Positions 8,452-16,653 are shown, numbered from the stretch's first letter. The stretch is 64,000 nucleotides of DNA from an uncultured Nitrospiraceae bacterium (GCA_964412455.1 CAYPOT010000009.1:5179-69178), one strand, 5' to 3'. Numbers and translations: made by a program. Notes: generated by a model from the sequence alone, not told the origin.

Positions 8452-9660
8452 ATGGAAAAGAAAAAAGATATTTCGCATTTTGATTTGCTTGATTGGAATT
8501 TTACTAGAGAAGATTCGAGACTCTACTTGCACAATTTCTGTTGGTATCCTTCAAGATTCATCCCAATAATCCCAGCCCACTTAATTCAAGCCCTAAGCAA
8601 GACCAATGAAACTGTGCTGGATCCGTTTTGCGGAATAGGGACTACGTTAGTCGAGGCTTTGAAGCAGAGGCGAAATGCAATTGGCGTTGATTTAAATCCA
8701 ATCGCATGCTTTGTCTCTAAAACTAAAGGAAAAATATTGACAGGTCATAAAGTAAACCTGTCTCTAATTGAAGGCTTGTTAGAAAACCTGGCGCCGTTGA
8801 GTGGTGATGATCTATTCACAAAAAAACGCACAGGTAGAGGTCATTATAATTTACGGGAGAAGTCAATCCCAAATTACGCTGTCAATGTGGAATGGTTTCA
8901 TCCCGAAACTTTAAAAATGCTTTCGCATATATACTATTCTGTCGAAGATCTTCCGAGAGGACTTACGAGGGATATATGCAAAATATTTTTTATTTCAATT
9001 CTCATGCAGTCCTCCGGGCACGATTTGAATAAGCCATACACTTATTATGCAGACAATGTGAAGCCTAAAAAAGAAAAATTGATTAAAGACGCCTACAAAC
9101 TATATGTGCAAAAATTGGATAAATTTTTATGTGAATATAAGCTCATAGAGTTACCCGAGAAAAACAGGCTGGATTTTGCCGTATACAACGAAGATGCGAG
9201 AGGGTTAGAAGGTTTGGTGGATAAAAAAGTTGACCTTATAGTTACTTCGCCTCCGTATTTAAATGTTACTGACTATACAACTGGCTTTAGGTTAGCTCAT
9301 CTGTGGTATAGCTTTCAAAAGGATATGCGTATTGAGGACATTAAAAGAAGAGAAATTGGTGCTCGATACAGGCGGAAGTCACGTAACAGTTTAAATGAAT
9401 ATGTCGGGGATATGCAGTCAGTCCTTTGCAAAATGGACAGCGTTTTAAAGACCAATGGGTATCTTTGCTTGATTCTTGGTGAATCACAAAAATACTCCAA
9501 GATTGTGAATAAGATAATAATGGACTTTATGTCGAACGAATTGCGGTTAGAATATATTGATTCTTTTAGTCGTGAGATAATAAAAAAATTCTTCATTCAT
9601 CCAAATGGTGGGGGTGTCAGTACAGAAGAAATTATTATTTACAGAAAAAAAAGAAAGTGA
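8452..9660 (+). CDS. DNA methyltransferase (N6-A or N4-C type, SPPY catalytic motif)
   Basis: AdoMet motif VLDPFCGIGTT (about 8620-8646) and catalytic VTSPPYLNVTDY (9244-9258). Motif I precedes motif IV by about 200 aa. Confidence 0.8.
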   Translation: MEKKKDISHFDLLDWNFTREDSRLYLHNFCWYPSRFIPIIPAHLIQALSKTNETVLDPFCGIGTTLVEALKQRRNAIGVDLNPIACFVSKTKGKILTGHKVNLSLIEGLLENLAPLSGDDLFTKKRTGRGHYNLREKSIPNYAVNVEWFHPETLKMLSHIYYSVEDLPRGLTRDICKIFFISILMQSSGHDLNKPYTYYADNVKPKKEKLIKDAYKLYVQKLDKFLCEYKLIELPEKNRLDFAVYNEDARGLEGLVDKKVDLIVTSPPYLNVTDYTTGFRLAHLWYSFQKDMRIEDIKRREIGARYRRKSRNSLNEYVGDMQSVLCKMDSVLKTNGYLCLILGESQKYSKIVNKIIMDFMSNELRLEYIDSFSREIIKKFFIHPNGGGVSTEEIIIYRKKRK

Positions 9661-10766
9661 GGTGTGTCTGCGCTATGGAAAATCACATCGTCATGATGCC
9701 TAATATGATAATACCATATGGCTACGAAATAGTGCCAATTATGGCTTATCCTGCTGGTTTTATCTACAGATTTAGATTTGATGAGGAATGGCTTTCAGAT
9801 AGGATAAAAGCCGATGTGTCTTCATTGTCAGCGAAAAAGGGTTATATCGTTTTCAGAGATCCAGAAAGCGCTACGTTTTACCCCATAAGGCATATCACAA
9901 TCAAGGTGGCGCAAAGAATAGGTAAATACTATTATTTTGAATATGAATTAAATGAAATATTTGACTTTGATTCTAACGAAACATGGAGGACAAAGCAAAT
10001 AACTCAATTTAATGACTCTTTTAAGAGTTTTCATGAATCAGAGTTTAAAGACAACATTCCTGGTAAAGATATGAAGCCCCTCGTATTTTTGACTAATTTT
10101 GCACCAACCATAAATAATGAACATGTCCAATTTACAAATCCATTGGAAAATGAGTTGGAGCGATGGGGAAATATAATTTCAATTATTAAAAATATAAAGT
10201 TTTATGAAAACGTAGAATTTATAAAAATCCTTGATATAGTGCCAATGAAAAAGCGAGACGAGGAAGTGCAAGTTAAAGAGAATTATTTATTTGTACAAGA
10301 AGACGGCGATTATAAGTTGAGGATATTTCAGCTTAAGCCTAAAGGATCGGTAGAAAGGATCGAACCGAAAGATATTGAAGTAAGATCAGACGACAAATAT
10401 ATTAGCGTCATAAGAAATAAACAACGCGCAGTAGGGAAGTATGATGTGCTAAGTTTCGTTTTCCGCGTGCATGCCGGCAGTGGAGGCCAGAGAAGTTATT
10501 TAGATGTTCTACATGCTCCCAAAACAGAAGCAGCCCAGTACATTGCGCCGACACTGTATCTTCCAGTAGCTATTCAAGGAAAAAGAAAGCTAATGGTTAT
10601 AAGAATTTTATTTGCCTTTGTCTTAGTCTCATTCTATCTTTTTCCTGAGGCTATAAGTTTCATATCTGATCACAGGATTGTGAAGGATTTTGCTATGGTC
10701 CTCTTCACTATTTCTGTGATAGATATTCTGAAAGAAATACGGGACCTGTTTAAGGCGAATAGATAA
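9657..10766 (+). CDS. Hypothetical protein with C-terminal double transmembrane anchor
   Basis: 369-aa ORF (alternative ATG at 9675). Overlaps the upstream stop by 4 nt and the downstream start by 1 nt. C-terminus has LMVIRILFAFVLVSFYLF and FAMVLFTISVIDIL hydrophobic helices. No family recognised. Confidence 0.6.
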   Translation: MRCVCAMENHIVMMPNMIIPYGYEIVPIMAYPAGFIYRFRFDEEWLSDRIKADVSSLSAKKGYIVFRDPESATFYPIRHITIKVAQRIGKYYYFEYELNEIFDFDSNETWRTKQITQFNDSFKSFHESEFKDNIPGKDMKPLVFLTNFAPTINNEHVQFTNPLENELERWGNIISIIKNIKFYENVEFIKILDIVPMKKRDEEVQVKENYLFVQEDGDYKLRIFQLKPKGSVERIEPKDIEVRSDDKYISVIRNKQRAVGKYDVLSFVFRVHAGSGGQRSYLDVLHAPKTEAAQYIAPTLYLPVAIQGKRKLMVIRILFAFVLVSFYLFPEAISFISDHRIVKDFAMVLFTISVIDILKEIRDLFKANR

Positions 10767-12907
10767 TGGTTATCGTTGGCCTAAACCTTGGTTCAACAGA
10801 ATTTAATAAGAAATTACACGACGGAGGCATCTGTATTGTTGTTGATGGTAAAGTAAAATTCGCAGTGGCTGAAGAGCGTATTTCGCGCAGAAAGCGCTCA
10901 GGCGGATTCAGGGAATCACTGGACTATGCTCTTTCTTGTTTGAATTTAGATAGGAGTAATATCGATCTTGTTGTTTATTCAAGCTGTTGTGAGAGTATTA
11001 ACAATAGCATTAACATCGCAGAATTACAGAATATAAAATCAATTCCCTGTGACCATCATCTATCTCACGCTTTAAGTGTGTATCTGACATCTCCTTATGA
11101 AAAGGCACTTATTGCCGTTTTAGACGCAGGAGGAAATCTTCTCGGTAATGACAACCATAGTGACTGGTGGCTTCATTCCCGAGAGCAGCAATCATACTAT
11201 GTCGCAGAAGGGAACAATGTCACGCTAATTGATAGAGATTTTATCTTACCTGAAGCAGCAGGCATAGGGGAAATATATCGTGCCTTTACATATTATCTTG
11301 GGTGGGAATCTTCTCGATTTGCAGGCAAGACCATGGCGCTTGCCGCATATGGAGATCCTGGTGCATTTAAAGGTAACAACATATTTGACTTGGACATAAA
11401 TGGGAACATACGCTCACATATAAAAAATAATCCGATAGAGCCCTTGTCTATGGTTGAGCAGTTACTCGATAGATATGGGAGAAAAAATGTGCCTCCTCGG
11501 AAAGATGGTCAACCGATTCTACAAGTGCATAGTGATCTTGCTCGCTGGATACAAAATGAAACGGAGGACATAGTAACCGCAAAACTTAACTATTTAATGC
11601 GTAAGACAGGCATTTCTAATCTTTGTTTGGCAGGAGGAGTTGCCTATAATTGCTCGATGGTTGGAAAGATAATGAATAATACTATGGCAAATAATGTTTT
11701 TCTCCAGCCGGCATCGGGTGATCAAGGTCAATGTCTTGGCAATGCCATGTTTGGATACACTCAAATTAGAAATGCTTGGATAAGAGTTAATCCATTCAAT
11801 CCATATCTAGGATGCGGTATTGAAATAAACCATGATACAATTCGAGGCGCGTTAAAGAGTAATAATCAGGTTACAATTAATGCCCCGCGTGATATAGCAG
11901 TAACAACTGCAAAATTACTCTCGCAAGGAGAAATAGTGGCGTGGTTCCAAGATCGGAGTGAATTCGGTCCTCGTGCCTTGGGCAATCGAAGTATTCTTGC
12001 AAACCCCTGTCTTTCGAAGAGTAAGGAGAAATTGAATTCAATAAAGGGTCGTGAAGACTTTATGCCTTTTGCTCCGACTGTTCTATACGAAAGTGCAAAA
12101 GACTATTTTGTGATTTCCGATGAATGTCCTTTTATGACTGCAGCAGTTAAGGTGCGCCCAAACGTCAGAGAAACAATACCGGCAGCTGTCCATGTGGACG
12201 GAACATCTAGAGTCCAAACATTGAGAAAAGAAAATAATCCGCTATTTTACGATTTGATACATGAATTCTACAAGTTGACAAAAGTGCCATTAATTATTAA
12301 TACTTCATTCAATGCAGCTGGTGAGCCTATTGTTGAAACACTTAATAATGCAATAGACACTTTTATGAAATTAGACATAAGATTTATGGTAGCTGGTTCG
12401 TTCCTTCTGGAAAAGCCATTGGTTAGAACATCTATGCCTAGTGTCAAAGATGCAGGTCGGTTGTTGGATATTGTATTTGGGGCGGATCTGATCGTCAACG
12501 AGACGGAATTAAGTGCGCTGCTTAGTGAGCGCTTTCCGGGAATTAAATCCTTTCCTAGAGATAAATTTTTGCTCAATGAAAAATTTATTAATTGGTTAAA
12601 AAACGGCAGAAAAACGACAACCATTAGGTATAAGAAAGTGGGTATAGATTTCCCAGTGGCGACATGTTTGCCGCTAATTCCGACAAAAGATTTTTCAAAA
12701 AATCGAGGTGAAGCGCCAGTTGGCTTTTTGAAAATAAGAAAATATATAATAAAAAAATATCGGGATCTTAATGAAACAGATGCTCGTAATGATGGATTTA
12801 AAACTCTAACGGAGCTAAGAAGTGTTCTTTTCGATATCTATGGTGCTATACAAGAAGATGACTATGTTTCTATATACTATGTTCAAATAAAAAATAATCC
12901 AAGTTAA
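10766..12907 (+). CDS. NodU/CmcH/TobZ-family carbamoyltransferase fused to a C-terminal ASCH-like domain
   Basis: DHHLSHA, LDAGGN, GGVAYNC, PASGDQG, FGPRALGNRSILANP, HVDGTSRVQT and INTSFNAAGEPIV blocks match the carbamoyltransferase family. The last ~115 aa (NWLKNGRKTTTIRYKK...DDYVSIYYV) resemble ASCH. Confidence 0.8.
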   Translation: MVIVGLNLGSTEFNKKLHDGGICIVVDGKVKFAVAEERISRRKRSGGFRESLDYALSCLNLDRSNIDLVVYSSCCESINNSINIAELQNIKSIPCDHHLSHALSVYLTSPYEKALIAVLDAGGNLLGNDNHSDWWLHSREQQSYYVAEGNNVTLIDRDFILPEAAGIGEIYRAFTYYLGWESSRFAGKTMALAAYGDPGAFKGNNIFDLDINGNIRSHIKNNPIEPLSMVEQLLDRYGRKNVPPRKDGQPILQVHSDLARWIQNETEDIVTAKLNYLMRKTGISNLCLAGGVAYNCSMVGKIMNNTMANNVFLQPASGDQGQCLGNAMFGYTQIRNAWIRVNPFNPYLGCGIEINHDTIRGALKSNNQVTINAPRDIAVTTAKLLSQGEIVAWFQDRSEFGPRALGNRSILANPCLSKSKEKLNSIKGREDFMPFAPTVLYESAKDYFVISDECPFMTAAVKVRPNVRETIPAAVHVDGTSRVQTLRKENNPLFYDLIHEFYKLTKVPLIINTSFNAAGEPIVETLNNAIDTFMKLDIRFMVAGSFLLEKPLVRTSMPSVKDAGRLLDIVFGADLIVNETELSALLSERFPGIKSFPRDKFLLNEKFINWLKNGRKTTTIRYKKVGIDFPVATCLPLIPTKDFSKNRGEAPVGFLKIRKYIIKKYRDLNETDARNDGFKTLTELRSVLFDIYGAIQEDDYVSIYYVQIKNNPS

Positions 12908-12939
12908 TTAGTTGCTCTGCTAAACGACAAAACACAAAA

Positions 12940-13782
12940 ATGACGCAATTTTTGAAAGACTTGCTGCGAAACTATGGGCTCTTGTACATAACGCTTACGC
13001 AGCTTTTGAGTGAGCGACCAGGAAACAAGTATGCTTCGCTGGACGAGTACTATCACAGTCTGGGCATGCAGACGCCTGATAACCCAATGTTTTACGTGCA
13101 TCCGAGCTCGGATGGCAAAACGCGCTACTTAGACGAGGGAGAGCACGATATTGAAGCGCGTGATGATGCGGGTAACAAGGTTGGAAAAGTAGTTGGCGTT
13201 TTGGAACTTCCGGAAGACGAATTCTATTTTTTTCAAGCATTCCGTCCTGGCATGTTCGATTTAGAAAAGGATCTTCCTTCATTTCTTTTTGAAATGGCAT
13301 TAATTTATGCTAATTCTCTATTTGAAAATTACATATCTAGCATTATTCGTCTCAGGTTTCAAAAACACCCAGAACTGATGGGTGTCAATAAACAAGTGAC
13401 TTATGGTCAAGTAATTAAGAGCAATTCGAAACAAGATGTCATCGAGCACCTGATTAATCGAGAAGTCCAACAATTGATGTATGAGCCTATCGGTGCAGTA
13501 TTGGAACGAATGCGAGCAAAATACGGATTTCGAGATCTAACCACGAAGTACGACGAGGAAATAATTTATCTGTCACTTATAAGAAATTGCGTTATGCATA
13601 ATTCTCGGAAGGTTGATTCTAAGCTTGCCACCAATAAACCTAAGCTAGTATTAGGCGAAAGATTGCCTGTTGAAAAGAGTCTCGTGGACACAGCAATTCA
13701 TACTTACCGAAAATTTTGCTATGAAGTTGATATCATGTTAGAAGCTATTGGATCACTCAAACAAACAAGTGAGCCTCTATGA
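12940..13782 (+). CDS. HEPN-motif protein (putative RNase effector)
   Basis: 280-aa ORF with an Rx4H motif, IRNCVMHN (13582-13599), in an alpha-helical C-terminal half. It is the last gene of the AT-rich operon. Confidence 0.5.
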   Translation: MTQFLKDLLRNYGLLYITLTQLLSERPGNKYASLDEYYHSLGMQTPDNPMFYVHPSSDGKTRYLDEGEHDIEARDDAGNKVGKVVGVLELPEDEFYFFQAFRPGMFDLEKDLPSFLFEMALIYANSLFENYISSIIRLRFQKHPELMGVNKQVTYGQVIKSNSKQDVIEHLINREVQQLMYEPIGAVLERMRAKYGFRDLTTKYDEEIIYLSLIRNCVMHNSRKVDSKLATNKPKLVLGERLPVEKSLVDTAIHTYRKFCYEVDIMLEAIGSLKQTSEPL

Positions 13783-13823
13783 GGAATGTCGGCATATAGA
13801 AATTGCATGCACAGGGGGTATTG

Positions 13824-15518
13824 ATGCGCTACTCGAAACTGTTCATTCCTACATTAAAAGAGGCGCCGACCGACGCCGAGGCGGTCTCGCACAAGCTCAT
13901 GGTGCGCGCCGGCTTCGTGCGCCAGCTCGCGGCGGGGCTCTATATCTACCTTCCGCTGGGCATCCGGGTGATGGAGAAGATCAACCGCATTATCCGCGAG
14001 GAAATGAACGCCATCGGCGGCCAGGAAGTGACCATGCCGGTGCTGAATCCCGCCGAGGTGTGGCAGCAGACCGGGCGGTGGGATGCCATCGGCGGCGAGA
14101 TGTTCCGTCTCAAGGACCGCGGCGGCAGGGACATGTGCCTGGCCATGACCCACGAGGAGACCATGACCTGGCTCGCGGCGCACGATATCCGTTCCTACCG
14201 GGAACTGCCCCAGATCTGGTACCAGGTGCAGACGAAATTACGGGACGAAGCGCGGCCCAAGAGCGGCGTACTCCGGACGCGCGAGTTCACCATGAAGGAC
14301 TCCTACAGCTTCGACGCCGATGAGGCCGGGCTCGACCGGTCCTATCAACTTCATCTCGAGGCCTACAAGAAGATCTACTCCCGCTGCGGAATTCGATTTC
14401 ACGTGGTCCAGAGCGACACGGGCATGATGGGCGGCAGCATGGCGCACGAGTACATGGCGCCTTCTCCGGCGGGCGAGGACGACGTGGCGCTCTGCGATGG
14501 CTGCGGGTACGCGGCGAACACGGAGCTCGCGCTGTCCGTGCCGAAGGCGGCTGCATCATCGAACGACAGTTACGAGGAGATCGCTACGCCGGAACGGCGA
14601 ACCATCGACGAGGTGACCCGCTTCCTGAAGGTCACGCCGGACCGTTTGCTCAAGTCCATCCTCGTCACGACCGACCAGGGACCGCTGCTGGCGCTGGTGC
14701 GCGGCGACCAGACCCTGCATGAGAAGAAGCTGGCCAAGCTTATCGGACCCCATCGGCCCGCGCAGAAGGACGAGGTGAAGGCCGCTCTCGGCGTGCCTGT
14801 CGGATTCATCGGCCCCATGGGCCACAAGATCCGGAAGATCGCTGACCTGGTGCTGAAACAGGGGACCCACATCGCCGGCGCGAACAAGGAAGGCTTCCAT
14901 GTGAAGGGTGTCTCCGCGGACAAGCATTTCAGCGACGCCGAGTTCGCGGACATCCACACCGCGGCGGAAGGCGACGCCTGCGCCCAGTGCGGCAAGCCGC
15001 TGCGCATCGAGCGGGTCATCGAGATCGGGAACATCTTCAAGCTGGGCACCAAGTACTCCGTCCCGCTCAAGGCGAACTACCTTGACGAACAGGGGAATGA
15101 GAAGCCCATCATCATGGGGAGCTACGGCATCGGCCCGGCGCGCATCGCCGCCGCGGCCATCGAGCAGGGGAACGACGAGAACGGCATCATCTGGCCGGCG
15201 GCGATCGCGCCCTACCAGGTCCTGATCGTGCCGGTGAACGTGAAAGACCAGCGCTCCATGGACGTGGCCGAGGAGATGCACACGGCCCTTGAGGAAAAAG
15301 GGTTCGAGGCGCTCATGGACGACCGCGACGAACGGGCCGGCGTCAAGTTCAAGGACGCGGACCTTATCGGCATTCCGTACCGGGTCGTCATCGGCGAGAA
15401 GAACCTGAAGGAAGACCTGGTGGAGCTTAAGGAGCGGAAGACCGGGGTCGTGGTCAAGGTGAAGGTCGCCGACGCGGTGGCGGCGATCGTGAAGAAGATC
15501 GTGATGGAGAACGCGTAA
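13824..15518 (+). CDS. proS: Prolyl-tRNA synthetase
   Basis: Class II aaRS motifs (REFTMKDSYSF; GSYGIGPARI) with ProRS-type sequence throughout. Start at ATG 13824 ([15 protein letters not shown]). Confidence 0.93.
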   Translation: MRYSKLFIPTLKEAPTDAEAVSHKLMVRAGFVRQLAAGLYIYLPLGIRVMEKINRIIREEMNAIGGQEVTMPVLNPAEVWQQTGRWDAIGGEMFRLKDRGGRDMCLAMTHEETMTWLAAHDIRSYRELPQIWYQVQTKLRDEARPKSGVLRTREFTMKDSYSFDADEAGLDRSYQLHLEAYKKIYSRCGIRFHVVQSDTGMMGGSMAHEYMAPSPAGEDDVALCDGCGYAANTELALSVPKAAASSNDSYEEIATPERRTIDEVTRFLKVTPDRLLKSILVTTDQGPLLALVRGDQTLHEKKLAKLIGPHRPAQKDEVKAALGVPVGFIGPMGHKIRKIADLVLKQGTHIAGANKEGFHVKGVSADKHFSDAEFADIHTAAEGDACAQCGKPLRIERVIEIGNIFKLGTKYSVPLKANYLDEQGNEKPIIMGSYGIGPARIAAAAIEQGNDENGIIWPAAIAPYQVLIVPVNVKDQRSMDVAEEMHTALEEKGFEALMDDRDERAGVKFKDADLIGIPYRVVIGEKNLKEDLVELKERKTGVVVKVKVADAVAAIVKKIVMENA

Positions 15519-15519
15519 T

Positions 15520-15578
15520 TGCAGGGGAAACCCTATGTGGTTGCCCTGATCCGGGCGGCCACGCAGGGCCGCCCCTAC
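15520..15578. repeat. REP-like element family A, copy 2
   Basis: GCAGGGGAAACCCTATGTGGTTGCCCTGATCCGGGCGGCCACGCAGGGCCGCCCCTAC, immediately after the proS stop. Confidence 0.85.
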
Positions 15579-15607
15579 ATTAGATCAGGCGAGAGGGGCA
15601 AGGGGAA

Positions 15608-15871
15608 ATGCTAGAGCAGGACATCGACACAATCAAGGCGATCATCGCAAAAAAGGCGGAACGATTCAATGCCCGGGCGGGCGACGTGATCTTTGCGGGC
15701 GTCGAGGGCGGCACCGTCAAGATCGCTCCGTCGGGCTTCTGCTGGCGCTGACACGTGACCCGGATAGCCCTGGTCGAGGGCTTACAAAAGGAGCTCGCCG
15801 CGACGTTCCCCTGGGTGGAACAGGTTATCGTGGTACGGCCGGAGCAGGCGGAAACGGGAAAAAAGACTTGA
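15608..15871 (+). CDS. NifU C-terminal-domain-like protein with in-frame UGA (candidate selenocysteine, CxxU)
   Basis: ATG at 15608, in-frame TGA at 15749-15751, stop at 15869-15871. Read-through gives GDVIFAGVEGGTVKIAPSGFCWR-U-HVTRIALVEGLQKELAATFPWVEQVIVV, and U aligns with the second Cys of the NifU GxCxxC motif. Confidence 0.55.
15766..15782 (+). promoter_or_regulatory. SECIS-like hairpin downstream of the in-frame UGA
   Basis: AGCCCU-GGUCG-AGGGCU: a 6-bp stem with a G/U-containing apical loop about 23-27 nt after the UGA. The UGACACG context resembles the E. coli fdhF SECIS as I recall it. Confidence 0.4.
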
Positions 15872-15920
15872 ATTCCCGCTGTGAAGTGCCTATAATTTGA
15901 ACCATGGAGGGCGCATACCA

Positions 15921-16151
15921 ATGGCCGATGATTCTTTTACGCTGACACTTACTCCTCAGCAGTGCGTCGAGATAAAGAAACAGATCGGTTTCGACCTCAC
16001 CGAGATCCATATTACCAAGCGGTCGCTGAACAAGCTCAGGGTCTTCCGGCTCCGGCTGAGCGAAGAGCAGCAGCAGACCATCGCCGATGCCTGGGGCCAG
16101 AAGGTGAAAGAGCTGACGGTGACGCGCTCGGTGGCGACGCGGATCATGTGA
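15921..16151 (+). CDS. Small hypothetical protein
   Basis: 76 aa from ATG 15921 (MADDSFTLTLTPQQ...). No family recognised. Confidence 0.4.
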   Translation: MADDSFTLTLTPQQCVEIKKQIGFDLTEIHITKRSLNKLRVFRLRLSEEQQQTIADAWGQKVKELTVTRSVATRIM

Positions 16152-16234
16152 TACCGGTCATTTGCGGGGAGGCCCGCAATTCTCTCAAATCAGTTAACCC
16201 GGTTCATTCAGCAACCATGCCATGAAAGAAGGAG

Positions 16235-16432
16235 GTGAACCCCTTGAAAAAACTGTTTGCTGTCATGCTTTCATTGCTTATCGTAGCGGCATTCGTCTTT
16301 ATCGGCTGCGAGAAGAAACCCGAACCGCCGAAGCCCGCACCGGCCCCGGCAGTAGCACCGCCGCCTCCGGCACCAGCACCGGCCCCGGCTCCGGCCCCGG
16401 CACCCACGCCTGCGAAGCCTGCAAAGAAGTAA
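16235..16432 (+). CDS. Small lipoprotein with Pro/Ala-rich tail
   Basis: Signal peptide with lipobox (VFIGC) followed by KPEPPKPAPAPAVAPPPPAPAPAPAPAP. A terminator follows. Confidence 0.6.
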   Translation: MNPLKKLFAVMLSLLIVAAFVFIGCEKKPEPPKPAPAPAVAPPPPAPAPAPAPAPAPTPAKPAKK

Positions 16433-16468
16433 TGTACCGCGGGATCTATCAGCTTGTGACCCTATTGT

Positions 16469-16495
16469 GGCCCCCGTCAGGGGGCCTTTTCTTTG
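16469..16495 (+). terminator. Rho-independent terminator
   Basis: GGCCCCC-GTCA-GGGGGCC hairpin followed by TTTTCTTT. Confidence 0.7.
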
Positions 16496-16653
16496 GAAAG
16501 TACGCCATCATTTTAAAAAGCATTTGGACACGGAAGCATTAGGATTAACGCCTGATAAGGGCGGATAAAAAAACAGGAGACTCTCGCTGACAAAAGTTAA
16601 AGTACCTTCCCCTGAAATATCCGTTTTTATCCGGTTATTATCAGATTTGAGCC

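Noticed and set aside
15580-15921. 113-aa minus-strand ORF in the proS-downstream region.
   Set aside because: It has no recognisable family. The plus strand encodes a NifU-like domain that is continuous across one in-frame UGA, which explains the region better.
16330-16410. GC-rich CCGGCNCC periodic DNA considered as a repeat element.
   Set aside because: It is in frame within a lipoprotein ORF and encodes a Pro-Ala linker (APAPAPAPAP). It is coding low complexity, not a mobile repeat.
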